Origin: an uncultured Candidatus Saccharibacteria bacterium
GTDB lineage: Bacteria; Patescibacteriota; CPR2; UBA1875; CAIMLA01
DNA length: 64,000 nt
NCBI GenBank assembly: GCA_964511435.1
Contig: CAZEFH010000001.1
Span: forward strand, 9,346-73,345
Reading direction: 5' to 3'
Part shown: one piece after another, positions 46,852-57,887 of the stretch
Layout of the letters: the number at the start of each line of letters is the position of its first letter
How positions within the stretch are numbered: position 1 is the first letter of the stretch
Made by a program: the position numbers and the translations under genes
The notes under the pieces: model-generated
What the model saw: only the letters and a program-made list of their open reading frames with translations
Database searches by the model: none
What the model was told of the DNA's origin: nothing

Positions 46852-49338
46852 TTACTTGCCTATTTTCAACATTTTCGAGGCGGATGTCCTAGTGCCACCG
46901 ACTAACTTTGTAAGTTCAAGTACAACTAGGAGACTGGCGGCGATACCGCCCACCATCCAGATGAGATGCCAGGGGAGTTCTCCAAAACGAAATACTTTTA
47001 CCAGAAAGCTAGTACTAGTCGCTAGTACTAGCATCACGTATGTAAATATAACTACGGCAATAAGCGCCCTGTTGTCATTACGAGGCAGCTTCGTAAGTAA
47101 TAATTCTTTCTTAGATAAATTTACCAGTATAAGTACTACATTTATTGTAACTAGCAGAGCAAAAACAAAGGTTCTCGCCGTATTTTCACCGACAACCGGT
47201 AGCAACTGCAGATACGATACCGTAAGCACAACACCACTCACGAACCCTAGTAAAATCGGTGATAGTAGATTGCGGAGAGATACTATGCGCTCACTAACTG
47301 TACGAGGCCTTCGATCCATGATGTCACGATCTTCAGTGTCCGATTCAAAGACTACCGTACAGGTCGGATCAATCACAAACTCCAGAAAGACTATGTGCGC
47401 GGGGAAGAGTACCAGCGGTAGTCCTAGAAGTACCGGTACTACTGAAAGAATAACGATTGGGATATGTACGGCGATGAGATAACCTATGGCCTTCTGGAGA
47501 TTGTCATAGATTCTCCGACCTAGTTTGACTCCTCCAACTATAGAATTGAAATTGTCGTCGAGAAGTACGATACTAGCCGCCTCGCGAGCGACATCAGTCC
47601 CCCTTTGGCCCATGGCAATACCAATATGAGCCGCTTTTAGAGCTGGAGCATCATTGACACCGTCTCCAGTCATTGCCACCACCTCCCCCATCTCTTTCAG
47701 GGTCTGGACAATCAGTAACTTCTGAGTAGGCACTACACGACTAAAAACAGATGTCTTCTCGAGTATCTGTCTCCTCTTTGCATCACTAGCTTTCTCAAAC
47801 TCCGCTCCACTGACCACACCCTCAGTCTCGATGCCTATCTGCTTGGCTATCGAAAATGCAGTTTCGTGATAATCGCCGGTGATCATGATTATCCGGAGCC
47901 CTGCTCGTTGTGCTAACACAACCGATTCGGGGACACCACGACGGATTGGGTCCGCCATCGCCGCAAGTCCTACGAATTCAAACTTAATATCATGACGATT
48001 CTCGGGTAATTCTGACCCTTGATATTCTGCTTTCGCTACTGCCAGTACCCGGAAACCATCATGAGCAAAGCTAGCCACACTAGTAAGAATCTGCTTCTTC
48101 TCCTTGACACTCAGATGACAAAGGTCGATTACCGCTTCTGCCGCCCCCTTCAGGGCTACCTCATAGTCTTCCCCGAAACGATATCCGTGAGCGACACAGA
48201 GAGATTCTGGCGTAACCGGATATTCTTTCACAAGTTCATAATGGTCATAAAGCTTATCAAGATCGAGGTATTTCTTCCCTTCAACCACAAATGCCGATTC
48301 CATGGGATCAAACGGCTTCTTTTGTGATGCTAGGAGACCGTATTTAATTACTTCTTTATCGGCAGTAAAGTCGTTCAGCATCACCTCTCCGCCTACTGGG
48401 ACTATTGCCTCGATTTTCATCCTGTTTTCAGTCAACGTGCCTGTCTTATCAACACAGAGTACTGTTGCGGCACCAAGAGTCTCTATCGAAGCAGAGCGAC
48501 GTGTCAGGACATTATGTCTTGCTAGCCTCCAGGCCCCCATCGTCATAAATAGTAGCAGAACGATTGGAAACTCTTCTGGCAGAATTCCGATAGCAAGAGT
48601 TAGCCCAGAAAGAATCCCCTGTATCAGATTGCCACGAGTTACTGTATAGACGGCTGCCAGAACAATACAGAGTAGTATTCCGATAATCGCAAGATATCGC
48701 ACCAGGGTAGTAATTTCTTTTTGCAGCAAGGTCTTTTCTATCTCTATTGATTTTAGCGACTTACCAATCTTCCCCAGCTCAGTCTGAACCCCTGTCGCCT
48801 GAACCACCGCTACGCCGTGTCCACTGACCACCATAGAACCAGAGAAAACTTTGTTCTGGTCCGATACATTCTTCTCGACCGCTACTGATTCTCCCGTCAG
48901 TAGTGATTCGTCTACTTGAAGATTAACTGCTTCCAGCAGTCTCGCATCTGCCGGTACTCTATCCCCTTCTACTAGATGGACAATATCTCCGACCACCACT
49001 TCGCGTCCAGGAATACGAACTTCGCGACCACCGCGTACAACGATTGCTCGCGGACTCGAGAGCTGAGTCAGGGCCTGTAGCGATTTTTCGCTCTTGCGTT
49101 CTTGATAGAGCGATATCGCCACCACTCCTACAATCGATAGTAGCAGCAGTAGCGCTTCGGCGACATCACCGAGAAATATATATAGTAGACCTGCTGCAAG
49201 AAGCAGAGAAATCATCGGTTCTTTGATTATTTCTAGTAGAAAATACCCCAAAGTTTTGGGTTTTGCGGTAGGAAGTTCGTTGTACCCATTTATCTTCAGT
49301 AATCGTGCCGCCTCAGCGGTCGTAAGGCCTGTCTGCAT
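46852..49338 (-). CDS. P-type cation-transporting ATPase (type II, Ca2+/Mg2+-like)
   Basis: Phosphorylation motif CVDKTGTLTEN, TGES-like actuator (TGESVAV), MITGDYHETA, GDGVNDAPALK; 10 TM topology. Confidence 0.85.
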   Translation of the reverse strand: MQTGLTTAEAARLLKINGYNELPTAKPKTLGYFLLEIIKEPMISLLLAAGLLYIFLGDVAEALLLLLSIVGVVAISLYQERKSEKSLQALTQLSSPRAIVVRGGREVRIPGREVVVGDIVHLVEGDRVPADARLLEAVNLQVDESLLTGESVAVEKNVSDQNKVFSGSMVVSGHGVAVVQATGVQTELGKIGKSLKSIEIEKTLLQKEITTLVRYLAIIGILLCIVLAAVYTVTRGNLIQGILSGLTLAIGILPEEFPIVLLLFMTMGAWRLARHNVLTRRSASIETLGAATVLCVDKTGTLTENRMKIEAIVPVGGEVMLNDFTADKEVIKYGLLASQKKPFDPMESAFVVEGKKYLDLDKLYDHYELVKEYPVTPESLCVAHGYRFGEDYEVALKGAAEAVIDLCHLSVKEKKQILTSVASFAHDGFRVLAVAKAEYQGSELPENRHDIKFEFVGLAAMADPIRRGVPESVVLAQRAGLRIIMITGDYHETAFSIAKQIGIETEGVVSGAEFEKASDAKRRQILEKTSVFSRVVPTQKLLIVQTLKEMGEVVAMTGDGVNDAPALKAAHIGIAMGQRGTDVAREAASIVLLDDNFNSIVGGVKLGRRIYDNLQKAIGYLIAVHIPIVILSVVPVLLGLPLVLFPAHIVFLEFVIDPTCTVVFESDTEDRDIMDRRPRTVSERIVSLRNLLSPILLGFVSGVVLTVSYLQLLPVVGENTARTFVFALLVTINVVLILVNLSKKELLLTKLPRNDNRALIAVVIFTYVMLVLATSTSFLVKVFRFGELPWHLIWMVGGIAASLLVVLELTKLVGGTRTSASKMLKIGK

Positions 49339-49344
49339 CAGTAA

Positions 49345-51576
49345 CTATTCCTTTGCTGATACAACTTCACTTGCTGTCGGTGGTGTTGCTGCAATAGTTT
49401 CTGTTGTCTTGGGCGCTGGTGCGCTCGCTAGCTTGGGCATAGAGCGCTTCTTTAGCGGGAATCTAAAACCAAAGATAGAGCCCTTACCCTCAGTGGAGTC
49501 AAAAATGATTTCTCCACCATGATCCTCGACTACACGCTTGGCGAGGTAGATACCTAGACCAGTTCCGTCTGGGCGAGCAGTGCGGGCATTATCAGCACGG
49601 AAGAATTTCTCAAAGAGGTGATCTCTTTGTGCCTTCGGTACTCCGATGCCGGTATCATGAACTTCGTAGATAAAGTCGTCTTTGTCATGACGAAGGACTA
49701 CGGTCACACCACCTGTATTGGTATAGTAGATGGCATTGTCCATAAAGTTCATCACTACCTGACGAATCTTCGTCTCATCAGCATAGATATGTGGCACCTT
49801 ACCCTTCTTCTCTACCTTAAGATAAAGCCCCTTCGCCTTGGCACTATTCGTCAGCTGCTTCATCTCCTCTTCCACTACCTTCTCGATGTCTACCTCTTTT
49901 GGTTCAAGGAAGAAACGGCCGGTATCCATACGAGAAACGTTCAGAAGGTCGTTGATAAGACCGACCATTCTATTTGCACCGCTGTAGGCCTCGTTGATGA
50001 AGTCGTACTGGCTCACCTTGATATCGCCCGCGTCACCCTCGAGAAGCATCGACAGATAGCCCTTAATGGCGGTCAGCGGCGTACGGAGTTGATGAGATGC
50101 CATCGAGATAAACTCGTCTTTGGCATGGTCGAGCTCCATCAGCTGCTCATTCTTCTGTTTCAATCTGTAAGTAGCTCTCTTAACTTCCTGACGAAGGGTG
50201 GTGTTGAAGCGACTAATTTCCTCATATGCCTTGGCATTCTCAACTGCAATCGCCAGCTCTGGTCCGAGAATTTCTAGCACACTTAGGTCCTGTTGTGAGT
50301 ACATATCGCCCGAGCTCTTCTCACCAAGGAGCATAACGCCGATAATCTCGCCCTCAGTCTTCAGTGGTATTGCTAGATTTGCCTCATATTCAGAGAGAAG
50401 GTGCTTCATGCGAGAGCCTTCCTCGAGGTCGTCATAGTGTATTACGCCATCATGAGTCATCTTGAGCACATCACGAGGATCGACATCCGGCGTCTTCTTG
50501 TAACCCGTCGCCTGGACGGTGTACATCCGAGTATCGTCCTTGATGAGTGCAAAGAGTACTCGACTAGCCTTCAGATTCTTGGTAATGATGTCGCCAACCT
50601 TGTATAGTAGCTCAATAAGGACGATGGTCGAGCCCATCGTATTTGAAAGCTCAGAGAGCAGCTCATCTTGATCATACTGATTGCGGAAAAAGATCTTGTC
50701 AGTAGCCTTGGTAATCCAGGTTTTAAGCGGCTGAAAAAGAAATACCATAATAACAGCGATGACGGTACGCATTGCGCCCTCGGCAAAATTGAATCCTTGC
50801 ATCTGCCCCGGGAAAAACAACATTTCTAGTCCTAGAACTGAAAGGGCGTAAAATGAAGCCAAAGAAGAAATTAATAGAATATATGCCAGGGATCTAGCAA
50901 CAACAAGCCTAATATCAAGAAAATGGTGTCTAATTATTGCGTAAGCAGAAAAACCTACAAGAATCATTGAACTTTGAGCATCAAATGGCACTGCGGGTGT
51001 TATATTAAATAAAGGCAAAATAAGCCCTATCAATATAGCTACAGCTGCATAAAATGATAATCCGAGCAAGATTATCGTTAACTGAGTCCTTTTTACGCCT
51101 CTTGAACCTAATCTTGCCTTTATTACAAGATAAAACAGATATAATAAGGCTACAAAAACTGCCACGCTGAACGCATTAAAAAGTGGACCTGTACCAAAAC
51201 TATAACCTGCAGCACCACCTTTTTCTAACGAGCTAATAATCGTCCCATCGATAAATGGAACTACAAACAATACAAGCGCAAGAAGGTAGAATAATACAAT
51301 CCCAAAAATCTTATTCTTATTTTCTAACAAAAATAAGAACCAAGGAACTAACAAAGGAGCTATAACTCCACCAGTTGCATAAACGAGTTTAAACGCAAGT
51401 AAATTTTTATCAAACACAAAGAAATAAAAATTTGCTAAAGCCCAAATCGCTGAGGCAAAGGAAAAAATAAGAAAAGTAATATTTACGGCTCTCTTTGGAT
51501 TCTTTAAAAAAACCAAAAGACCTAAAACTATGTTTGTTATCGCGGCTAAAATTGAAAGTGAATTTAAGGAATCCAT
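49345..51576 (-). CDS. Sensor histidine kinase with N-terminal 7-8 TM sensing domain, GAF-like linker, HisKA and HATPase_c
   Basis: Multi-TM N-terminus, H-box LDHAKDEFISMASHQLRTPLTAIKGY, N/G boxes (NAIYYT, HDTGIGV, GTGLGIYL). Confidence 0.85.
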   Translation of the reverse strand: MDSLNSLSILAAITNIVLGLLVFLKNPKRAVNITFLIFSFASAIWALANFYFFVFDKNLLAFKLVYATGGVIAPLLVPWFLFLLENKNKIFGIVLFYLLALVLFVVPFIDGTIISSLEKGGAAGYSFGTGPLFNAFSVAVFVALLYLFYLVIKARLGSRGVKRTQLTIILLGLSFYAAVAILIGLILPLFNITPAVPFDAQSSMILVGFSAYAIIRHHFLDIRLVVARSLAYILLISSLASFYALSVLGLEMLFFPGQMQGFNFAEGAMRTVIAVIMVFLFQPLKTWITKATDKIFFRNQYDQDELLSELSNTMGSTIVLIELLYKVGDIITKNLKASRVLFALIKDDTRMYTVQATGYKKTPDVDPRDVLKMTHDGVIHYDDLEEGSRMKHLLSEYEANLAIPLKTEGEIIGVMLLGEKSSGDMYSQQDLSVLEILGPELAIAVENAKAYEEISRFNTTLRQEVKRATYRLKQKNEQLMELDHAKDEFISMASHQLRTPLTAIKGYLSMLLEGDAGDIKVSQYDFINEAYSGANRMVGLINDLLNVSRMDTGRFFLEPKEVDIEKVVEEEMKQLTNSAKAKGLYLKVEKKGKVPHIYADETKIRQVVMNFMDNAIYYTNTGGVTVVLRHDKDDFIYEVHDTGIGVPKAQRDHLFEKFFRADNARTARPDGTGLGIYLAKRVVEDHGGEIIFDSTEGKGSIFGFRFPLKKRSMPKLASAPAPKTTETIAATPPTASEVVSAKE

Positions 51577-51577
51577 T

Positions 51578-52837
51578 TTAGATCAATCCGAGCTCTTTTC
51601 CAATTTCCTCGCAAGCCTTAATATATGCATCAAGATGTTTCTTTGTATGTGTTACCATAACGATAATTCTAAATCGACTCTCTCCCTCAGGAACGGCAGG
51701 CCATCGGACGATTGGTGACAGGAATTTCCGTTCAAAAAGTTTATTTCCGAACTCTACTCCCTTCTTCTCTGGACCAACCATTAGAGCCACTGAAGGAATA
51801 TTGTCATTACCGACTATCGTAAAGCCCCTTTTCCTTAATTCATCTCTAAGATACTGAGATTTTTCAAAAAGTTCTTTACGAAGCTTTTGACCCTTTTTAA
51901 TTTGCTTAACTGATTCAATCATCCCTCCTGACATCGAACAAGTCAAAGATGAAGATAAGATTGACGATCTTGTTGCAATTCTTAAGTAGTCAATTAACTC
52001 TTTTTTGCCGCAAAGATAGCCACCAGTACCTCCCATAGCCTTATCCATACAACCCATAAGTATGTCGATATCTTTTACGCAATGGAAATGCTCTGGAGTT
52101 CCCCCACCATTTTCGCCTAAGATACCAATGCTATGCGCGTCATCAAGCATTATTTTTGCATCATACTTCTTTGCAACTTTAATTAATGCTTTTAAGTCTG
52201 TTATTTCTCCATCAAGACTAAATACGCCCTCCGTGATGATTAACTTGTTCTGTATCTTATTATACTTCTGCAGTTTTTCTTCTAGATCAGCAAAGTCATT
52301 GTGTTTAAAAACAACCTTTTTGGCTGCACTTAATTTACAACCGTCAACAATTGACCCGTGATTATACTCATCACTGAAAATAACTCCACTGCCTTTTTTA
52401 TAAGGAAGACCCATCATAAATTCATCCATAACAGCTCGAATGACTCCGACATTAGCCATATATCCAGTAGGTAATGTCAGGCAGTCTTCCGTTCCCGTTA
52501 AGGACGCTATTTCTCGTTCTAGTTCTTCAATAATGTCAACGTTGCCGCTAATTACTCGCGAACCACCTGGACCCATCCCATATTTTTCAATTGCTGCAAT
52601 ACCGGCCTTCTTAACGGCAGAATTCTCAGACATTCCCAAGTAATTGTTTGCACAAAATATGGTAAACTTCTCACCATTAATTATACAATCTGGCTCGTTT
52701 ACCCCGTCTGAAATTACTGGGAACATTGGGTAAAGTTCCGTGTCTTTGAGATAATCGACCAAACGATATGCATTTTCGAAATGCTTCTTCTCTTTATTTA
52801 ATTTAGAACCAGCAAACAGCTTAATTTCTTTAAGCAT
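51578..52837 (-). CDS. Alpha-oxoamine synthase family PLP enzyme (serine palmitoyltransferase / CqsA / BioF / Kbl class)
   Basis: FCANNYLG, SGNVDIIEELE, DDAHSIG, PLP-lysine loop GCMDKAMGGTGGYL; about 60-aa N-terminal extension as in SPT/CqsA-type members; stop abuts the HK start. Confidence 0.8.
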   Translation of the reverse strand: MLKEIKLFAGSKLNKEKKHFENAYRLVDYLKDTELYPMFPVISDGVNEPDCIINGEKFTIFCANNYLGMSENSAVKKAGIAAIEKYGMGPGGSRVISGNVDIIEELEREIASLTGTEDCLTLPTGYMANVGVIRAVMDEFMMGLPYKKGSGVIFSDEYNHGSIVDGCKLSAAKKVVFKHNDFADLEEKLQKYNKIQNKLIITEGVFSLDGEITDLKALIKVAKKYDAKIMLDDAHSIGILGENGGGTPEHFHCVKDIDILMGCMDKAMGGTGGYLCGKKELIDYLRIATRSSILSSSLTCSMSGGMIESVKQIKKGQKLRKELFEKSQYLRDELRKRGFTIVGNDNIPSVALMVGPEKKGVEFGNKLFERKFLSPIVRWPAVPEGESRFRIIVMVTHTKKHLDAYIKACEEIGKELGLI

Positions 52838-52910
52838 CTTTCCTCCAGAATTATTTACTTAATTCAATTCTAGCACCGAAAAGCCAGCCGTTACAACCAC
52901 TCTACAATTA

Positions 52911-54656
52911 TCAGTTGTACATTTCGTCTATAAGTGCGGCCTGTTTCTCGAGTACGACTTGCCTCTTGAGCGAGAGCTTCGGTGTAAACTCCCCTGTTTC
53001 GATACTGAAGGGCTCTGTGAGCAAGCGGAACTTACGGACTCGTTCGATGGATGAAAGCCGATGTGTCTTTTCTATCGCCTCACCAGCGATGAGGTCGATA
53101 ACTTCCTGCATCTTGGCAAGCTTGTGGTTGCCCTTGATACCAAAGCGCTCTGAAAGCTTGGCATAGTCAGGTACGATAAGGGCAGCGATATGCTTTCGCC
53201 CATCCCCCATCACAAACGCTTGTTCGATATATTCGCTGCTCTCTAGGGCGGTCTCAATCGGTACAGGGGCCACCTTCTTGCCCGTTGTTAGAACGATAAG
53301 ATCCTTTTTGCGCCCAGAAATGGTCAGAAATCCTTCACCGTCGATATAGCCGAGGTCACCAGTCTTAAACCAGCCATCCTTTGTAAAAGCATCTGCAGTA
53401 TCACTTTTACGGATGTAGCCCTGAGTAATCGTAGGACCTTTTACTAATATCTCCCCTTCGCGAGTGAACCTTACCTTGACGTTATAGATTGGGTCACCGA
53501 CGGTACCGAAGCGATACTTTGCGAGCTGATTGACGGCGATAATCGGTGAAGTTTCTGTTAGGCCGTATCCCTCTATAACAATCATGTCTAGCTTCTCAAA
53601 GAAGCGACCAATCTTTGCAGGTAGACTTGCTCCCCCGGAGACGAAGAAACGGATGTTGCCGCCAAATATGGCTTTTACTTTCGAGAAAACAATCTTGTCA
53701 AAGACGGGGTAAAATATACTACCCTTCTTTGTCGCAAAAGCTAGCTTAAAGATAAGTTTTGTTACTGGACTCGCCTTGGCCTTTGCCATTACCTTTTCAT
53801 ATATCTTCTCAAATAGGCGCGGCACCGCGAGGACAATCGTGGGCTGATACTCCAGGATTTCCTGAGTCAAGGTATCGAGACTGAGACAGTAGCCGATGGC
53901 GGCACCGGCATAAATCGGAATGTAGTAGCCGGCTGTACGCTCAAAAACATGCGAGAGCGGTAGCACTGAGAAGAACTTGTCTGTTGGTAAGATCCATATA
54001 GACCTCGTTGTGCCCACAATATCCTGAATAAAGTTCTCATGGGTTAAGAGTACGCCCTTAAGATGTCCGGTAGTACCAGAGGTATAGATAATACTAGCCA
54101 GGTCACTTGGTTTTACTGCTAGGGCTCCTTTCACTATACTCGCCTGGTCTTCTTCGGTCAGTTTCACGTCGTCAATGTGATTTCTGAAGTAGTGCAGCTT
54201 CGAGAGCTTGCTCTCCTTGATTTTTGAATAGGAAAATAAATGACTCACCGTTGGCATATTATCGGCAATCGCCAGTAATTTATCCTCAATATAGCGCTCA
54301 GAGAAAAAGATTAGTTTCGGTTTCGTCTCCTTTACAATTTCGGCTATTTGCTCCGGTGAGAGCACCTCATGGACAGGCACCGTCACTCCCCCGAGAAGTT
54401 GCATCGCCAGGTCCGTAATTACCCACTCGGGACGATTCTCGGAAATAATCAGTGATTTGTCACCAGACTTGAACCCGAGCTCGGTCAGAGCCTGCGCTAA
54501 CTGCATTACCTTATTTTTTAGTTCAAAATACGAGAGACTTTCGTAGTGGTGCCCTTTTTTATACCGCAAGGCTTCATTGTCCGCCCTCAGCTCTGCTGAA
54601 GTCAGAAACATATCACCTAAGTTTATCGGAACCCATTGCTTACTCTTTTTTTCCAT
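52911..54656 (-). CDS. Long-chain fatty-acid--CoA (or --ACP) ligase, AMP-dependent synthetase family
   Basis: AMP-binding motif IIYTSGTTGHLKGVLLTHENF, TGDLGYIDGEG, 581 aa. Confidence 0.85.
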   Translation of the reverse strand: MEKKSKQWVPINLGDMFLTSAELRADNEALRYKKGHHYESLSYFELKNKVMQLAQALTELGFKSGDKSLIISENRPEWVITDLAMQLLGGVTVPVHEVLSPEQIAEIVKETKPKLIFFSERYIEDKLLAIADNMPTVSHLFSYSKIKESKLSKLHYFRNHIDDVKLTEEDQASIVKGALAVKPSDLASIIYTSGTTGHLKGVLLTHENFIQDIVGTTRSIWILPTDKFFSVLPLSHVFERTAGYYIPIYAGAAIGYCLSLDTLTQEILEYQPTIVLAVPRLFEKIYEKVMAKAKASPVTKLIFKLAFATKKGSIFYPVFDKIVFSKVKAIFGGNIRFFVSGGASLPAKIGRFFEKLDMIVIEGYGLTETSPIIAVNQLAKYRFGTVGDPIYNVKVRFTREGEILVKGPTITQGYIRKSDTADAFTKDGWFKTGDLGYIDGEGFLTISGRKKDLIVLTTGKKVAPVPIETALESSEYIEQAFVMGDGRKHIAALIVPDYAKLSERFGIKGNHKLAKMQEVIDLIAGEAIEKTHRLSSIERVRKFRLLTEPFSIETGEFTPKLSLKRQVVLEKQAALIDEMYN

Positions 54657-54718
54657 ATCTATCGCCTCTTAACCTGTAAATAATATCAAAGCGAAGCGCA
54701 AATGTCACTTTGACTGTC

Positions 54719-56137
54719 TTACTCTGAACCAAATAAGTCCTTCGCGATTGTCAGGAGAGATTCCTTTGAGGTGATTTTGGAACCGATAGGCAACTTTAGA
54801 CTCCCCTCATAACCATAGTTTGCAGTGAGTGAAAAACTATAGCTAGTAAGAACGGGCAAATTTTGAGTCAATCCTTCTTCTTCATCGATATTCTCTAGTC
54901 TGGTATTATTCTGCATCGCCATTGTCTTTGCCGTACCGCCAAGACTAATGACTCGTCTGCTTTTAGGTGAAACTATAAAGCTCAAGCTTAAGACTTCTTC
55001 GTCCTGAATAAGCTTATCTTCTTCTCCTGTGATTATCTTTGATATACTTCTTAGACTGTCGGCGTTCAAAACCAGGCGATATTTTTCGCACTTAACACCG
55101 TCAATATCTTCCTGGCCCTCAAATCTGATATTATTCGCTATTTCATTATTACTTGCTGGATTTGTAATAATCCCCTTGAGACCCTCGAGGTCAGAGAAGA
55201 TAAAGTCCCAGAAACCAGAAATATTACTGTACTGTGCAAATTTCCTTACACTAGTATCACCGTTTCTTAGAAACGCCGAGTCCTTAGTTTTTAAATACAA
55301 AAGGCCAAAGGTACCCGTATCACCACTTGCTTCTAACTTTGCATTTTTGCTTGAATCAACATCAAGTACAAAGTTACCGCTTTGTCCGTTGCCAGTAAAC
55401 TCAAATTTGTACTCAGACTGTTCTAGGTTGCTAATATTTTTGAGAGCATCAGAAAGTAGCTGTGCCCGCTGATTTTTACCATAAGAAATATAGCCGTAGT
55501 AGCCACCAACACCAAGAACTAGCACAATTGCGGCTGCAAAAACATATTTTAGATAACTAAATATTGGCTGCGAGGCCTTCTTCCTAGTAGGCTCACCAGG
55601 ACCAGAAACCCCACTAACAACTGGGTTTTTTATGGTACTGCCGTCCACAGCAACTCTCGGTGCTGGCTGTGGCGACTCAGGATAAAGCGGGTCCGGTACC
55701 ATTGCTGGGTTAGGAGTAGCCGCTACTTGTGGCATCGGGGAATAAGTTCTTTCCGGTGGCTCAAAAGTTTGAGGGCTAATCTCCGGCGCTGGTTCTGAAA
55801 CTTGGGCACTTGTCTCATTGGCAGAAACCGCTGATTCTGACATGAACATATCAGTCGGCTCGGCGTGATATGTCGATGCTACCTGCCCCAAGGCCTCACT
55901 GTTATTCGTCTGCGCCTGATAGATTTGGTTTGTTCCAATATCAAATTCAGCATTTTCTTCTCTAGGCGAAATTTGGTCGGAAAATGAAGGCACAGATACA
56001 GCTGGTGAGCTCTCTGTCTGGGCTTCTGCTTTCCCTCCGATATTGATGTCCTCAGGACGTACAATCGGTGGCATACTTGTGTCTTCGGGCTGACCACTAG
56101 TAACGGCATCAAGCTGATTGTCTAGATTATCTCCCAT
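54719..56137 (-). CDS. Hypothetical bitopic protein: Pro-rich N-terminal region, one TM, about 270-aa extracytoplasmic domain
   Basis: TM helix FAAAIVLVLGVGGYYGYI; Pro/Ser-rich N-terminus; lies between ABC exporter and acyl-CoA ligase genes. Confidence 0.5.
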   Translation of the reverse strand: MGDNLDNQLDAVTSGQPEDTSMPPIVRPEDINIGGKAEAQTESSPAVSVPSFSDQISPREENAEFDIGTNQIYQAQTNNSEALGQVASTYHAEPTDMFMSESAVSANETSAQVSEPAPEISPQTFEPPERTYSPMPQVAATPNPAMVPDPLYPESPQPAPRVAVDGSTIKNPVVSGVSGPGEPTRKKASQPIFSYLKYVFAAAIVLVLGVGGYYGYISYGKNQRAQLLSDALKNISNLEQSEYKFEFTGNGQSGNFVLDVDSSKNAKLEASGDTGTFGLLYLKTKDSAFLRNGDTSVRKFAQYSNISGFWDFIFSDLEGLKGIITNPASNNEIANNIRFEGQEDIDGVKCEKYRLVLNADSLRSISKIITGEEDKLIQDEEVLSLSFIVSPKSRRVISLGGTAKTMAMQNNTRLENIDEEEGLTQNLPVLTSYSFSLTANYGYEGSLKLPIGSKITSKESLLTIAKDLFGSE

Positions 56138-56155
56138 GTTCCCCTCCCCCCGGCA

Positions 56156-56983
56156 CTATACTGACAGGTCTCTTCTAACAAATCTGACCAGTGCCAGAAA
56201 GCCGAATACTGCTGCAATCCCAAGATAAAATACTAAGAAGTTGTCTACGAATGCACCTTTAACCAAGTTGACTCCCCCACCAAAGTAGTGAAAGATAGAG
56301 AAATACTGAATATCTACATAGTCTTTATTTAGTCCAGCGACAATATTCGCAATGTAACTAAGTAAAATAACTCCTACCGCCAGAAAAGAAGCTTTACTCT
56401 TTTCGGAAAATATTGAAGACGAAAAAGCAGCGAAGCTATAAACCGCAAGTGAAAAACATAGCCCAGAAATAGCAAGGTAGGAAAAATCGATACCAGTAAG
56501 ACTTATCTTATGTAGTGCGGCAAGTAAGTAAACCGAGTAGACTGTTACAAACGTAAATACTGCAAGCATAGCCACGCCGGCAAGGTAACGCTCTAGGAAT
56601 AACCTGGCTCTAGATACAGGAAGTGAGATAACTTGCTCAATCGTTCCTTTCTCCACTTCGCCCGCGATCATGCCATTAGCAAGCGATATTGCGAGAATGA
56701 TGACTATTACCGGCCAGATAAAGCTGTATTGTTCACTCGCAACAAAAACCTGAAACTTAGTAAAGTTCAGCATGGATGGGTCGAGACCGAAAACTGTCCA
56801 TATTTCCTTCGGATAACTATCGAGGAGAGTAGTAATTTTATCTTGTGCAAGGTTCCCGAAGGTCGGGAAAAGTGCTACATACATCTCGAGAAATACTACC
56901 GTTGAGGCGATATATAGCAGTAAGGATTTATAACGATCTTTGATAGTACGAAAAAAAATTGCAAACATCCTAACACCTCTCAT
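56156..56983 (-). CDS. ABC-2 type transporter permease
   Basis: Six TM helices, size and placement immediately downstream of the ABC ATPase (overlap 56970-56983). Confidence 0.7.
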   Translation of the reverse strand: MRGVRMFAIFFRTIKDRYKSLLLYIASTVVFLEMYVALFPTFGNLAQDKITTLLDSYPKEIWTVFGLDPSMLNFTKFQVFVASEQYSFIWPVIVIILAISLANGMIAGEVEKGTIEQVISLPVSRARLFLERYLAGVAMLAVFTFVTVYSVYLLAALHKISLTGIDFSYLAISGLCFSLAVYSFAAFSSSIFSEKSKASFLAVGVILLSYIANIVAGLNKDYVDIQYFSIFHYFGGGVNLVKGAFVDNFLVFYLGIAAVFGFLALVRFVRRDLSV

Positions 56984-57872
56984 AAAACTTCATGAACACA
57001 TCTTCGAGATTCGCATGTGTTACTTCGATATCAATCAACTTATGTTTGGAAACTGCGCCCATAACCTGATTAATGTCACCGCTCGCGGTGATTACAAGAC
57101 CGTCAGAAACTTCCTCTACTGAATCGACGCCCGCAAGTTCGAACTCTTTCTTTGTAAATTTATCTGCGAAACGTACCTCGATACGATGAAGTTTCTTGTC
57201 ACCTAAGTCTTTGATATTCTCTACCGCTGCCAGCTTGCCCTCTTTAATAATGGCGACTCTATCACAAAGCTTTTCTACCTCTGGTAGATTATGAGAGGAA
57301 ATAAAGATTGTCGTTCCCTTTTTCTTCATATCCAGAAGAATTTCGTAGATTGCATTCTGAAGCAAGGGGTCGAGACCGACTGTCGGCTCATCCATAATCA
57401 CTACCTTCGGACTATTCATCAGGGCGAGAATAAGACCAAGCTTCTGCTTGTTACCACTAGAGAGGTGTCGAAACTTCGCCAGTGGGTTGAAGTCAAGCTT
57501 CTTTATCAGTTCCTTCACACTATCCGAATTACCACGAATACTTTCGAAAAAGTGAATATGTTCCCAGCCTGTCCAGTTATCGTATAGTTTTACATTGCCT
57601 GGCAGATAGCCGATATGTCTCTTTTCTTTGATACCACTCTCAAAAAGCTTCTCTCCCAGAACTGTAACAGTTCCGCTGGTGGGTTGATTGAAACCCATCA
57701 GACAGCGAATTGTAGTTGTTTTTCCGGCTCCATTCGGTCCTAGAAAGCCAAATATTTCACCTTCTTTAATTTCGAAGCTGATGCCATCTACGGCGTGAAG
57801 CTTACCAAACTGTTTTTTGAGGTCTCGTACTTCAATAACGTTTTTCATATTTACCATTTTAGGCCTGAGCAA
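56970..57872 (-). CDS. ABC transporter ATP-binding protein
   Basis: Walker A GPNGAGKTT, signature LSSGNKQKLGL, Walker B VVIMDEPTVGLD; true start probably one of the internal Mets (MVNMKNVIEV). Confidence 0.9.
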   Translation of the reverse strand: MLRPKMVNMKNVIEVRDLKKQFGKLHAVDGISFEIKEGEIFGFLGPNGAGKTTTIRCLMGFNQPTSGTVTVLGEKLFESGIKEKRHIGYLPGNVKLYDNWTGWEHIHFFESIRGNSDSVKELIKKLDFNPLAKFRHLSSGNKQKLGLILALMNSPKVVIMDEPTVGLDPLLQNAIYEILLDMKKKGTTIFISSHNLPEVEKLCDRVAIIKEGKLAAVENIKDLGDKKLHRIEVRFADKFTKKEFELAGVDSVEEVSDGLVITASGDINQVMGAVSKHKLIDIEVTHANLEDVFMKFYERC

Positions 57873-57887
57873 ATATTTTGTCCATAA

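Noticed and set aside
46856-47482. 208-aa plus-strand ORF
   Set aside because: Antisense of the P-type ATPase; Ser/Thr/Arg-rich, no start context.
49618-50277. 219-aa plus-strand ORF
   Set aside because: Antisense of the histidine kinase catalytic region.
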